Shown here in pieces: positions 9,508 through 18,916 of a stretch of DNA of 64,000 nt. The notes beneath the pieces are model-generated. The model searched no databases, was not told where the DNA came from, and was given only the letters and a program-made list of their open reading frames with translations. Made by a program: the position numbers and the translations under genes. The stretch comes from Candidatus Latescibacterota bacterium. GTDB taxonomy: Bacteria; Latescibacterota; UBA2968; UBA8231. The DNA lies in NCBI GenBank assembly GCA_965248265.1, contig CBDFJF010000001.1, positions 1 to 64,000 of the forward strand, given 5' to 3'. Position 1 is the stretch's first letter. Each line of letters starts with the position of its first letter.

Positions 9508-10782
9508 TCAGCGGTCGATGCTGTTGGCCAAATCTTCCTCACTGACTTCCATCAGCTCGTAGAACTCGCGATTCTCGGCGAATTCGACTGCCGCCCTGGC
9601 TTGGGCATCGGACTGCGTGTCATCGGAGGGCCTCTTGTCGGCTCCGCCCACCTCCTTGAACTCCACCACCAGCTTGTTGCCCTTGGCCGCGTCGAGGAGA
9701 TTGCCCAACAGCTCCTGGAAGAATTCCAGGGCCGTCTGCTCTTTGCCCTCGGCAAAGGTGATGGCCTCCCGGTAGTCCAACCGCTCCATGAACACCGCCA
9801 GGCCGGTGCTCTCATCGAGCAGCGCCGGAGCCATACCACGCTCCTTGAGGCGATCGCAGTAGATGCCGATGGCGTTGCGCTTCGTCTTATATGTGATGTC
9901 TGCCAACCCCTCCGAGACTTTCTCGTCGATCGTCGCGGCCGTTTTCTCCTCATATTGCTCAACGGCACTGGTGGCTGCGTCGTTGACGATCTCAGCCAAC
10001 TCAGCCTTAGTCAGGGTGACAGTGCCGTCTCCGGCATCTGCATTCGGTTTGCTCATTGACTCGCTCCTTTCAGCGAAGGAATTGACTATCGTTTCCCCGT
10101 TTTCTTCGAGGAGCGAACTCAGCTCTTCGAACAGGGCGGAGACCTGACTCCGCTTGTCCTCAGCCGCCAACTCCTCATCGTAGATGATGCGCCACAGCTC
10201 GTCGGAGGCGATCCAGCGGATGCGCTCCAGCTGCTGCATGGCGTCTTCGCGCAGCATGGTCTTTTCGATCAAGCCCTCGTCCTGGAACAGATCGCGCAGA
10301 TGTTGATACAGGCGTTTGAGCACATTGTTGGTGGCGCTTTCGTAGGTGACGACCTCTCCCGCATCCTCCGCCCACGCCACGTCCGGCAACCCTTTGACCT
10401 CGGGCGCGTCCGCACCTAGCCAGGCGATCGCCGCCAGATACTTTCTGCCCGTGTTGCGGAAGTCCGACCACATCTCGATGCTGCGTTTCTTCCACAGCCC
10501 CTCCTGCACCCATTCGACGAACTCATCAGGGACTTGCTTGAGTCGCGCCCACAACATGCCGTCCCGCTTGAACAGCTCATCCACCCAGCCGTAAGCCTGA
10601 TCTCCAGGCTGGCGATCATCGCGGTGGCCCAACACGCAGGGCGCCTCGTGCACGGAGGCATCATACGTGGCGATCAATTCATCGATGTCCGCGTCCGTTA
10701 TCACGCTGGTACCGCCGTGGTATACTCCGGGTTTGAAGATGGCCACCTCCAACCCGTCTGCGCTGAAGCGAATGTCTTTCAT
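9508..10782 (-). CDS. Head maturation protease/scaffold (Mu gpI-like)
   Basis: IFKPG, AP.VLGH, AYGWV, KKRSIE, WLGA..P.VKGL; acidic helical C-terminus. Confidence 0.8.
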   Translation of the reverse strand: MKDIRFSADGLEVAIFKPGVYHGGTSVITDADIDELIATYDASVHEAPCVLGHRDDRQPGDQAYGWVDELFKRDGMLWARLKQVPDEFVEWVQEGLWKKRSIEMWSDFRNTGRKYLAAIAWLGADAPEVKGLPDVAWAEDAGEVVTYESATNNVLKRLYQHLRDLFQDEGLIEKTMLREDAMQQLERIRWIASDELWRIIYDEELAAEDKRSQVSALFEELSSLLEENGETIVNSFAERSESMSKPNADAGDGTVTLTKAELAEIVNDAATSAVEQYEEKTAATIDEKVSEGLADITYKTKRNAIGIYCDRLKERGMAPALLDESTGLAVFMERLDYREAITFAEGKEQTALEFFQELLGNLLDAAKGNKLVVEFKEVGGADKRPSDDTQSDAQARAAVEFAENREFYELMEVSEEDLANSIDR

Positions 10783-10795
10783 CCCAAAACTCTCC

Positions 10796-13120
10796 TCAGG
10801 CTGCGACGGCGCCGCCGAAGCCGTCGTCAGGGGTGGCGATCTTGCTGCCGATTAAGGCAGGTCCCGATACGACCTCCTCGGGGGGCAGCCTGCGCGCCTC
10901 GATTTGCGTTACCGGGATCACCTCGCAGCGGCAGTTGAAGCCGTTGGGCGGATACCAGCTCGACCAGATGGCATCGTCCTTGCGATAGATGCGCCCGTCC
11001 ATTGCCGCGTGGGACGGCCGGGCATGGCCGTCCAGGATGGCCGAATACATCAGGTAGGGCACGAAGTCCTCGACGTCCGGATCGTCGAAGATGGCCCGGC
11101 GTCCCTCGTTGTAGGCCGAGAGCACGTTGGTGCGAAACAGCGTGCGGATGTGCTCCTCTTTGAGCTTCTCGCCGGCCAGATCCTGACCCGTCTCCTGGCC
11201 GATGTATTTAGCGCCGCGTTCGCGCACGGCGGTGGCGAACGTCTTCATGGTGCCGCCGTTTTCGATGGCGTCGATCAGCGCCTCCTGCACCAGCTTGATG
11301 ATGCTGGCCTCTTCGATGCCGGCGACGGTGAAGTACTTGCGCCGTAAGGCTGCCACGGCGCGCGAGAATTCGGAGGGGCGAATGGGGATCTTGCCGCGAA
11401 ACAGATCGATCGCCTCGGCCGGACCGACGATGTGGATTTCCGCAAACGACTCGAAACGCTTGTCGGGGAAGGTCACGCCCTTGTCGGCCAACTCGTCTGT
11501 GGCAAACTGCCGCCCGTTGAGATTGGCCATCACCGCCGTGTGCACGAGCGCATCGCGCAACCCGCGCACGTTCACGGACAGCTCGCCGTCGTAGCGCTTG
11601 TCCTCGATGTAATTCCCTCGACGGACCTGGTCGATCAGGCTGAAGAGGATCGTCTCAGATGCACGTCGTCCTTCGGCCGCGCTCGCCTCGATCAGATCGT
11701 CGAGTGCCTCACGCTTGAGACGCGACAATGCTGGGGGCTCGATCTGGTTGCGCGTGAGCGCACGCTCGGAAAACTCCTCACCCACTTCGTCGGGAAGCTT
11801 CTCGGGCAGTTGGAAAGGGCTGGGTGTCTTCTGCGCCGTGAGCACGGGCTCGTCATCCTCCGGCTTGGGATACCCCAAATCGTCGTGCACGTAGCGCTCC
11901 GGGATCTGCGCTCCCATCTTGACGAGCCTTTCGAGCGACGTCGTCTCAGCGTTGAGATCCTTGCGCGGTTTCAGCGGCAGCTTGAAGGCGGGATAGCCCT
12001 CGACGACAAAGTTGAAGTCGACGAGGCGGCGGATGAGTTGTTCGTTGAGAGTGGCCTCGAGCGAGTCCGCATCGTAGCGCATGATGTCGAAGCGCACTTC
12101 CTGATGCACCTCGCCCAGACTGCGTGCGCCCCGATCGCCCTGCTCCGTCGTTAGGGTTTGCCCCAACACCGCCTTCGAGATCTCCGCATTGCACACGGCG
12201 ATCAGGTGCTGATAGCCGCCCTCGCCGCCACGCTGAGTCGCCTCCAGCAGATCGAGCTCGAAGCCGGGCGGCACGATCACGCCCGTCTCCTGCTGCAGCG
12301 ACTTGAGGATATCCTTGACCTTCTTCTTGTCCTCGGGGGCGGCGTCTTCCGTGACCGTGACCTTGACGGTGGGCGAGCCGTAGCGCTCCAGGAACATGAG
12401 CCAAAACTTCAGGCCGCCTTCATTCTTGAACCATGAAAACCAGTAGCACAGACCACCAAGACCGCGACCGTATGGATTCTCTGCACGGCCATTGAACACG
12501 TAGTGGATGAACTTTCGGTGCGGCAGGCGACGTGAATTTCCGTCGCCGCCCCGTGCCTGCAGGTTATTGATAACGCGCTCGGATACCGCGTTGTTGAGGC
12601 GCAGCCCGTGCGAAACAACCGGGTTTTGCACCACCCCGTCATCGAGGACGTTATCGAAGTCGTCCAACAGGAAGCCGAAGTCCTCTTGCTCCTTGGCTTT
12701 GAGCGCGACTAGGATCGCCTTGCCTGCGTAGGGACCATCCTCGGCCAGGTCGTAGACGATCTCCGTTAGCGAAAACCCCTTGCCGAAGGCGTCGAGGATC
12801 TCATACAGATCTTGCGAGAGCGAGCCGCGCATGTGCTCCAGGTTCCAGCGCACGAATTCGGCCGCCTCGACGTCGACAGCATCGTCCGAGAACGGCTGGA
12901 TCTCATACCCCTTGCCCAACAGCGCAAGCTTGCGCGTGGCCAGCACGGCCGCGTAGTGGCCGTCCTTGCGCTCCATCTCCTCGAACACCTTCAGGCCCTT
13001 TTTCCGGACCACCTTGTCGGGGTTTTCGAAGGTGACGCCGTACTTCACGTACAAGCTGTCGCCCGAGCCGGTGGCCAGCTCTTCGCCTGGCTTCCAGGGT
13101 ATGACGGAAGTCTGGGTCAT
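10796..13120 (-). CDS. Portal (DUF935/Mu gp29-like) fused to head morphogenesis domain (Mu gpF/SPP1 gp7-like)
   Basis: N-part W..FLERYGSP, EISKAVLGQTLT; C-part RTN..SAYN.GR, RPSHAAMDG, PPNGFNCRC. Confidence 0.88.
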   Translation of the reverse strand: MTQTSVIPWKPGEELATGSGDSLYVKYGVTFENPDKVVRKKGLKVFEEMERKDGHYAAVLATRKLALLGKGYEIQPFSDDAVDVEAAEFVRWNLEHMRGSLSQDLYEILDAFGKGFSLTEIVYDLAEDGPYAGKAILVALKAKEQEDFGFLLDDFDNVLDDGVVQNPVVSHGLRLNNAVSERVINNLQARGGDGNSRRLPHRKFIHYVFNGRAENPYGRGLGGLCYWFSWFKNEGGLKFWLMFLERYGSPTVKVTVTEDAAPEDKKKVKDILKSLQQETGVIVPPGFELDLLEATQRGGEGGYQHLIAVCNAEISKAVLGQTLTTEQGDRGARSLGEVHQEVRFDIMRYDADSLEATLNEQLIRRLVDFNFVVEGYPAFKLPLKPRKDLNAETTSLERLVKMGAQIPERYVHDDLGYPKPEDDEPVLTAQKTPSPFQLPEKLPDEVGEEFSERALTRNQIEPPALSRLKREALDDLIEASAAEGRRASETILFSLIDQVRRGNYIEDKRYDGELSVNVRGLRDALVHTAVMANLNGRQFATDELADKGVTFPDKRFESFAEIHIVGPAEAIDLFRGKIPIRPSEFSRAVAALRRKYFTVAGIEEASIIKLVQEALIDAIENGGTMKTFATAVRERGAKYIGQETGQDLAGEKLKEEHIRTLFRTNVLSAYNEGRRAIFDDPDVEDFVPYLMYSAILDGHARPSHAAMDGRIYRKDDAIWSSWYPPNGFNCRCEVIPVTQIEARRLPPEEVVSGPALIGSKIATPDDGFGGAVAA

Positions 13121-13497
13121 TTCTCCTGCGCTGCCTCCAGGGCTTCACGCACCTGCCCCAACAGATTGCCGTAGTGGAACTCGTCCAGCTTCTGCGTGCC
13201 CTTGGTGAGGATGTGCACCAGCTCCTTCTTCATGGGCTCGAACCGCTCATCATCCAGCATCCCCGTGTTGAGGATGTCGCAGACGATCTCGAACACCCGC
13301 AGCGAGCCCGAGTCCAGCACTGCGCCGCAAGCGTCCAGCAGCAATGGCGCGGCCATGATCGCCATCAGATCGCCCCGGTTGTTGTTCCTCAAATTCAGAT
13401 CGCCGATCGTGTGCAGCCTGTCCTGACCTGGGGCGTAGAGGCGGTACTGCCCCTCCCCCATGCGCTTGGACTGCCAAGGGCCGGATGAGTGCGCCAT
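13117..13497 (-). CDS. Hypothetical phage protein
   Basis: HS.GPW...IMAAPLLL..C motif common in small phage ORFs; coupled to portal. Confidence 0.6.
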   Translation of the reverse strand: MAHSSGPWQSKRMGEGQYRLYAPGQDRLHTIGDLNLRNNNRGDLMAIMAAPLLLDACGAVLDSGSLRVFEIVCDILNTGMLDDERFEPMKKELVHILTKGTQKLDEFHYGNLLGQVREALEAAQEK

Positions 13498-13499
13498 CG

Positions 13500-13979
13500 C
13501 TATTGGCCTCCTTCCAACGCCGACTCCAACTGGGCAAGGCTCATGCGCTCGTAGATGCGCCGGCCGAGGATCATGTAGCCATCGAAGACGACGATGGGGA
13601 TGTCCTCCACTCCCGACTGCCCCAACTCAATCCTCTCGCCACTGGCTCGCACGCTTTGCCCGCCTAGGCGCAGCCAGTCAAACCGGTTGCCCTCATACTC
13701 GAATTGCCCATGCGAGGTCCACAGGGTTGCACCCGGCTGGCGCCAGCTGGGCGCGTTCGCCTCAGCGCCGGTGACGCGGGCATTGTTGACCCCCGTACCA
13801 TCCTGTTTGAAATGCCACCACTCGACGAACTCGAAATTGGCTTGCTCGCCTTCCGTGCCCTCGATCACATCCGTGACGCTCCTCACGTAATAGCCATCGA
13901 GCGATGGGGCATCAGAGCCGACGAGCGTCTCGTTGGCACATCCCAGAAACAGCAGCGTGAGCAAGAGCATGTGTTTCAT
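13500..13979 (-). CDS. Putative lipoprotein
   Basis: MKHMLLLTLLFLG-C lipobox; beta-rich mature part. Confidence 0.65.
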   Translation of the reverse strand: MKHMLLLTLLFLGCANETLVGSDAPSLDGYYVRSVTDVIEGTEGEQANFEFVEWWHFKQDGTGVNNARVTGAEANAPSWRQPGATLWTSHGQFEYEGNRFDWLRLGGQSVRASGERIELGQSGVEDIPIVVFDGYMILGRRIYERMSLAQLESALEGGQ

Positions 13980-13992
13980 GACATTCCCCGTG

Positions 13993-15801
13993 TCAGTATG
14001 CGAACTCGTTGAGAATCCCAGCCGTGGCGCGCGTGAGTTCGCTGCTGGGCGCCCGCCACGAATTCGGATCGTCTGTGACCTCGTCCACTGTCGCCGCACT
14101 CCGCTTCACGCCAGAGGTATCCAGCTGGCCGTAGTCGACGCGCACACCGCGACGGATGTCCGAGGCGATGCGCATGCTGTTGAGCGCCATGCCGAAGTGA
14201 TTGGGAACGCGTTTCTTGTACTCCCAGCGCATCACGCCCTTGGCGTCTTCGACCAAATCCTTCACCAGCGTCTTGCACTGGGCGCGAAACAGTTCATACA
14301 CGCGCAGGCTATCACCGGTCAGTCGTTGCATCTTGGGTAGGATGATGTCGCAGCTCTTGAGGGCATCCGTAGTCTCATCGAGGCTCTCTGTGCGATCGAC
14401 GGTCACCTTGCGCACCGTACGCGCGCCCTCACCCTCTTCCCCCTCCTGTAGCGTCGCACCGGCGAAGTACTGGATGTAAAACGGAATCGATGTGGACCAG
14501 GCAATTCCCTTCATCGACTGCTTGTTCGGCATCGCATCACCCACACCACAGCGCACATTGAACAGCCGAATCAGATAGGGTATCCGGCGCCACTCGTTGG
14601 TGTGTTCCACGTGCACGACTTGCACCCGATCCTCACCCACGGGGCGGCCGATGACGATATGCAACTCATCGCCCTGGTCGATCCCCATGATGCAACCGTG
14701 CCCCTTCTCGTGGAACCCATCCTCGCCCTCGCAGTTGTCTAGGACCGCATCCGTGATCGGAGCCCGGTCCCCCGCGTAGGGAACGCCGATGATGGAGATG
14801 ACGGCGCGGGCCTTGTCCATCGTCTTACGGGCACTCGTCAACTGCTCCATGATCCAGTCGGCCGGATCCGCGTAACCGACCATCGGCAACTGACGATACA
14901 GCTGCGAGACCTGGTACCCGCGCCGCTGAGTGACTTGCGGGCACAGCGCCACCCACTCGCCCTTGGACACATCCAACGGCTTCTCGCAGTGCAGACACGC
15001 CCGATAGAACTTCTGACCCGCAGCGGCCCACGACGCGCGCTCGGGCACCGGCAGGAAGTGGCGCGGAATCATCTGACCGTCGCGCTCATCCAGGTTGAGT
15101 TCGAAGCAAGCCCACTCGCCGCAGCTCGCGCACTGCATGTGCCAGTAGCGCTGGTCCGTGAGGCCGAAAGATTCGCTGATGCCGTAGTCGGGGATCGAGG
15201 GCTGCGATAGCTCCCTAACAAACTGGAGATCCGAGTGTAGGATGCGATCCATCGCGAAGCGCTTGTTGGCCTGATCCGCTTCGTCCAATTCATCCATGAC
15301 CAACATGTCGCCATCAACGGCTTTCACTTTGCGACGGGTGAACATGCCGCGACAGAAGATGCTGCCGCGACCGATGTGGCGAAGGCCAACGTTGTCCCGT
15401 CCGCGCTCGCGCACATCCACCTGCTCCTGCAAATAGGGCGAGTCGTCGATGGCGATGTTGATGCGGTCGTTCGAAAAATCGTAGGAGTCGTTGTCCGTTG
15501 ACAGGTAGTAGAGCACCTTGGAGCCGCGCTGGTCGGCCAGGTAGAAGCTCTCGTTGAGACAGCGCGTGCTGATGCAGACCTGGGCCGCTTTCTGGAACAC
15601 GATGTAGGGATGCACGACTCGGTACAGCTCTTCGAGATAGGCGTGACCTTCCAGCGAGAACGGCTTCGAGCGGATCTGCGTGTACTCCTGCGTCCATTCC
15701 AGAAACGGCAGATCCGCGCGACGAGACTCCTGTCTCTTGGCCTGGGCGCCCTTGCGCAAATCGCGGTCCAGCTCGGACTCAAGCTGTCGTGGATTGAGCA
15801 T
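13993..15801 (-). CDS. Terminase large subunit (GpA-like ATPase plus nuclease)
   Basis: FQKAAQVCIS (Walker A-like), LVMDELDE (Walker B), CxxC...CxxC, MGIDQG nuclease motif. Confidence 0.88.
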   Translation of the reverse strand: MLNPRQLESELDRDLRKGAQAKRQESRRADLPFLEWTQEYTQIRSKPFSLEGHAYLEELYRVVHPYIVFQKAAQVCISTRCLNESFYLADQRGSKVLYYLSTDNDSYDFSNDRINIAIDDSPYLQEQVDVRERGRDNVGLRHIGRGSIFCRGMFTRRKVKAVDGDMLVMDELDEADQANKRFAMDRILHSDLQFVRELSQPSIPDYGISESFGLTDQRYWHMQCASCGEWACFELNLDERDGQMIPRHFLPVPERASWAAAGQKFYRACLHCEKPLDVSKGEWVALCPQVTQRRGYQVSQLYRQLPMVGYADPADWIMEQLTSARKTMDKARAVISIIGVPYAGDRAPITDAVLDNCEGEDGFHEKGHGCIMGIDQGDELHIVIGRPVGEDRVQVVHVEHTNEWRRIPYLIRLFNVRCGVGDAMPNKQSMKGIAWSTSIPFYIQYFAGATLQEGEEGEGARTVRKVTVDRTESLDETTDALKSCDIILPKMQRLTGDSLRVYELFRAQCKTLVKDLVEDAKGVMRWEYKKRVPNHFGMALNSMRIASDIRRGVRVDYGQLDTSGVKRSAATVDEVTDDPNSWRAPSSELTRATAGILNEFAY

Positions 15802-16354
15802 CGATCACTTTCAGTGGCACTGCCTGACGCAGCATCGCGAACTTGTCCTTGAGGAACTGCTTGGCGCGCTCTTCCTTGAACCGGCCCCCGGCCGCGTAGA
15901 CGCCCGCCTGCACGAGCAACTCGATCAGCATCGTCGGCGTCAGCGGCAGCGCCCGGCGCACACCAACGTGGTTGCGGATCTGCGCCTGCAGGTCGACGAA
16001 TCGTTTCACGTTTTGCGAAAAATCCCCCGCCTCGCCGAGGATACGGGCCATCAGGATGTCGAACACCTGCAGGTTGCGGCGCATGACCAAATCATCGACC
16101 TCGTCGTCCGATGGCAGCGGCTGCGAGTCGTCGACGACGAGCTGGGCAAGGCGCTCGACCTCATCGCGCCAGCCGTGTTTGGTGATCCACTGCGAGACCG
16201 TTTGTCCCGAAAGGTCCTCCCACTTGGCCGGCAGCGCCCCGGAGCCTGCCATGCAGCGCATCATCCCCGCCAAGTGGCTGACGGGGATCCACGCGAACTG
16301 CAGGTAGACCTGCTTGAAGACCTCGCGATCGTCTGTGGAGTACTTGCGCGACAT
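15779..16354 (-). CDS. Putative terminase small subunit
   Basis: N-terminal HTH-like segment (TVSQWI.K.GW); directly upstream of and overlapping TerL. Confidence 0.55.
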   Translation of the reverse strand: MSRKYSTDDREVFKQVYLQFAWIPVSHLAGMMRCMAGSGALPAKWEDLSGQTVSQWITKHGWRDEVERLAQLVVDDSQPLPSDDEVDDLVMRRNLQVFDILMARILGEAGDFSQNVKRFVDLQAQIRNHVGVRRALPLTPTMLIELLVQAGVYAAGGRFKEERAKQFLKDKFAMLRQAVPLKVIDAQSTTA

Positions 16355-16356
16355 GG

Positions 16357-16710
16357 CTAAGCGACCTTCTTGATACGCTCCCAGTGCAGGATCTTTTCCA
16401 GCTTAGCCCGGACGATGTCCTCACCGACGTCGATACTGGCCTCCGTAGCCCGTCGCATGATGTCCTGCATTGCCGTTTCCCGCTTGGCCTTCCCAGCTTG
16501 CTCGCCTATGAGCGTCGCCTCTGTGTAGTGCACGGCGTCGGCGATGATGCGTTCCAGCTTGGCCTCTTCGCTTTTGTCGATCTCAAGTTTGAATCGACGG
16601 TTGAGATAGCCGATGCCCTTGGCGCTGGCCACGGGCAACACGACGGCGGTGACGATACCCACGATGGCCTTGACGGCCGGGATGAGAATGCTGTCGATGA
16701 ACAGTTCCAT
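16357..16710 (-). CDS. Putative holin (LL-H-like)
   Basis: N-terminal TM helix, AV...E...G..K...A pattern; in lysis cassette. Confidence 0.6.
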   Translation of the reverse strand: MELFIDSILIPAVKAIVGIVTAVVLPVASAKGIGYLNRRFKLEIDKSEEAKLERIIADAVHYTEATLIGEQAGKAKRETAMQDIMRRATEASIDVGEDIVRAKLEKILHWERIKKVA

Positions 16711-16718
16711 GCTTCCCC

Positions 16719-16970
16719 CTATGTGCGATCGCTCAGCATGCGATCATGGCGATCGAGCTGCCGCTTCATGTCGTCCAACTCACGAGCATTGGCGCGCATC
16801 GCCGTGTCGAACACGCTCTCGTAGACGACGCTTTCCTTCAGGTTCTTGTGGCTCTCTTTGAGGTCAGTCACTTCCTGCTTGAGCTGGACTATGCTGCGAT
16901 GAATCCACAGAATACCGGCGATGAACAGACCGGTGTTGGCGAGCATTGCCGCTCCCAGATCGATGTTCAT
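16719..16970 (-). CDS. Small membrane protein of lysis cassette
   Basis: One TM helix plus coiled coil; coupled to endolysin. Confidence 0.55.
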   Translation of the reverse strand: MNIDLGAAMLANTGLFIAGILWIHRSIVQLKQEVTDLKESHKNLKESVVYESVFDTAMRANARELDDMKRQLDRHDRMLSDRT

Positions 16971-17404
16971 GCAGCCTCCCGGTAGTCCCATTCATAGGGC
17001 TTGTCGCGCATGTCCAGATGCAAACCCCAGTCGTACTTCCCGATCCCCGTGAACCCCAACTCCTTCGCCTTTGCTGCGAATTGGTCGATGGCCTCCGAGA
17101 TCGATGTCGCGTCGTGGGTCCCGAAGCCAGTGAGGTGGATGTCCGTAGCGAAACGGTCGTCTTCGTCGGGCGTGGTCTCAAAAAACAGCAGGTGCTGAGA
17201 GTCGCCCGCTCCGCCTTCGTTGGCATTGTGGAAGGGCGTGCGGTAACCCCAGCAGTCCAGGGCTTCGCCCCACCACTCGCGCAACTCCTGCAGGGTCACC
17301 ATGTGCCGCCAGAACCGGTCCGTGATGCGAACCAGCCCCGTGCGACGGCACGCGGCCTCTGCCCAGGTGAAGTTCTTGGTGATGTATTTGAGCGGGTTGG
17401 ACAT
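16967..17404 (-). CDS. Endolysin, peptidase M15 family
   Basis: NFT..E..C, GYRT..HN...GG...SQH, ATDI, GIG.Y...LHLD.R Zn-peptidase motifs. Confidence 0.85.
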   Translation of the reverse strand: MSNPLKYITKNFTWAEAACRRTGLVRITDRFWRHMVTLQELREWWGEALDCWGYRTPFHNANEGGAGDSQHLLFFETTPDEDDRFATDIHLTGFGTHDATSISEAIDQFAAKAKELGFTGIGKYDWGLHLDMRDKPYEWDYREAA

Positions 17405-17425
17405 GTGATCCTTTGCCCAGAACAC

Positions 17426-17461
17426 AAAACGCCACCCACCCCGTACGGAGGGTGAGTGACG
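17426..17461 (-). terminator. Rho-independent terminator-like hairpin upstream of late operon
   Basis: Minus strand CGTCACTCACCC-loop-GGGTGGGTGGCG followed by TTTTGTGTT. Confidence 0.55.
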
Positions 17462-17555
17462 CTTTCGACAGGTGCAATGCCTTCAGAGCGCGGCCAAACG
17501 CCCTGGTTCAAGGATCACATGGTATTAGTGGATTGGCAACAGTTTGCGAAGAAAG

Positions 17556-17588
17556 AGTGTGACAAAACCCCAGAAAGTGTGACAAAAC
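17556..17588. promoter_or_regulatory. 13-bp direct repeat AGTGTGACAAAAC x2 (20-bp period)
   Basis: Copies at 17556-17568 and 17576-17588 in intergenic DNA upstream of late genes. Confidence 0.6.
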
Positions 17589-17637
17589 TCTCTGCGGACA
17601 CCTAATCGGCGCACGAGCGCCAGTCTTCTGCCGATAA

Positions 17638-18066
17638 TCAGAACAGGACTCGGTTCCCATCAGGATCGGGGCAATCCCCGGCAGCGTACATCGCCTGATA
17701 ATCCGACATGAACACCTCGAAGCTATCGACAGCCGTGGGCTGCACGGGGGACCCGTTGGCATCCGTCAAGTCGTCCCAGCCTGCCACGAACTGAGGAAGT
17801 GCGATCACGTCCCAGAACTCTTCAAGCTCAGCAGCGTCACAGTCAACAAGCCCGTTGATGCCGGGGATAGCGACCTCTGTGCTGCACGGGAGAGCAGTCA
17901 CAACCCCAATTGCACGGTCGCCAATCGACCAGGATATATAGCTCGTTAGGTCGAAATTCTGGAAGGCCAATTCCTTGCAGTGTGTCGACACGCCCTTCTC
18001 GTCATCTCCACCACAACCGATCAATGGAGCGGTGACTATCGCGAGGAACAGCCCGAGTGTTTTCAT
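17638..18066 (-). CDS. Putative lipoprotein downstream of repressor
   Basis: MKTLGLFLAIVTAPLIG-C lipobox; GGAGG RBS. Confidence 0.65.
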   Translation of the reverse strand: MKTLGLFLAIVTAPLIGCGGDDEKGVSTHCKELAFQNFDLTSYISWSIGDRAIGVVTALPCSTEVAIPGINGLVDCDAAELEEFWDVIALPQFVAGWDDLTDANGSPVQPTAVDSFEVFMSDYQAMYAAGDCPDPDGNRVLF

Positions 18067-18167
18067 GCAAAAACCTCCAAGAAAAGCCATCTCGGTTCGA
18101 GAATTCGCATCAATAGGAACCGGATGTGACTCGCGTCACTCTCACCGTTAACACGCCAACCGTACTT

Positions 18168-18653
18168 CTAGGAAGACCTCTCCCCCTTGGCGCGCTTGGT
18201 TCTTTCTTGAGTGCGAGGATCAGACAACAATGCCAACAATGCCCGCCTCTGCATTGGTGAAAGCTGGTACACAAACCCCCACAACTCGAAGGCTTCGCTG
18301 TCGCGTTTGATGAATAGGTCCTCAAGCGATTCGGCCAGAGGTGGGTACTTCTTTGAGAACTGAGCAAACAACGCCCGCGCTAGGTTCTCATACTCAGTCG
18401 CGCCATCGTCGTCCAGTAAAAACTTCGGACCCTTTCCTGTTACCAACCAATGGATATTGATCCCAGCACCATCCGACACCGAAACCAGATAACTAAGCGA
18501 CGGCTTCACTGTCCCTTGTTCGGTTTGAGAAACATAGCTGGCGGTGATCTTGTTTAGCTTTGCCCACTCTCGCTGGATCGTCCCACCTCTGAGCTGTCGA
18601 AGCCGGTCACCGATCTCTTCAATATCTGGTTTACTGTTTTTTTTCTTTGACAT
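18168..18653 (-). CDS. XRE-family prophage repressor (cI-like)
   Basis: IGDRLRQLR..TIQ.EWA....SYVSQ.E.G..KPS...INIHWLVTGKG. Confidence 0.85.
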   Translation of the reverse strand: MSKKKNSKPDIEEIGDRLRQLRGGTIQREWAKLNKITASYVSQTEQGTVKPSLSYLVSVSDGAGINIHWLVTGKGPKFLLDDDGATEYENLARALFAQFSKKYPPLAESLEDLFIKRDSEAFELWGFVYQLSPMQRRALLALLSDPRTQERTKRAKGERSS

Positions 18654-18688
18654 GACAACAGTAATCGTTATCTTTCCCGTTAATTAAC
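18647..18688 (+). promoter_or_regulatory. Candidate early promoter with adjacent palindrome
   Basis: TTGACA (18647-52), 16 bp, TATCTT (18669-74); palindrome GTTAATTAAC at 18679-88; overlaps repressor start codon. Confidence 0.5.
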
Positions 18689-18721
18689 CAATGTGCCACC
18701 CTACAACGCGAGAAGGGTTCG

Positions 18722-18916
18722 ATGTCCCCGATTGATATAAAAATCCTGCTCCTTCGTGCGGAGATCAGGCAGGCCGACATTGCCCGCGAGTACGGGTGCT
18801 CGTGCGCGGCTGTCAATCACGTGGTGGCGGGCAGGGAGACATCCAGGCCGATCCAAAGGCTGATTGCGAGGAAGTTAGGCATCCCGGTCAATAGGATGTT
18901 CCCTAGAGCGGCGTAA
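18722..18916 (+). CDS. Ner/Cro-like HTH regulator
   Basis: 64 aa HTH (IRQADIAREYG.S..AV..VV.G...S..I...IA..LG), divergent from repressor. Confidence 0.8.
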   Translation: MSPIDIKILLLRAEIRQADIAREYGCSCAAVNHVVAGRETSRPIQRLIARKLGIPVNRMFPRAA

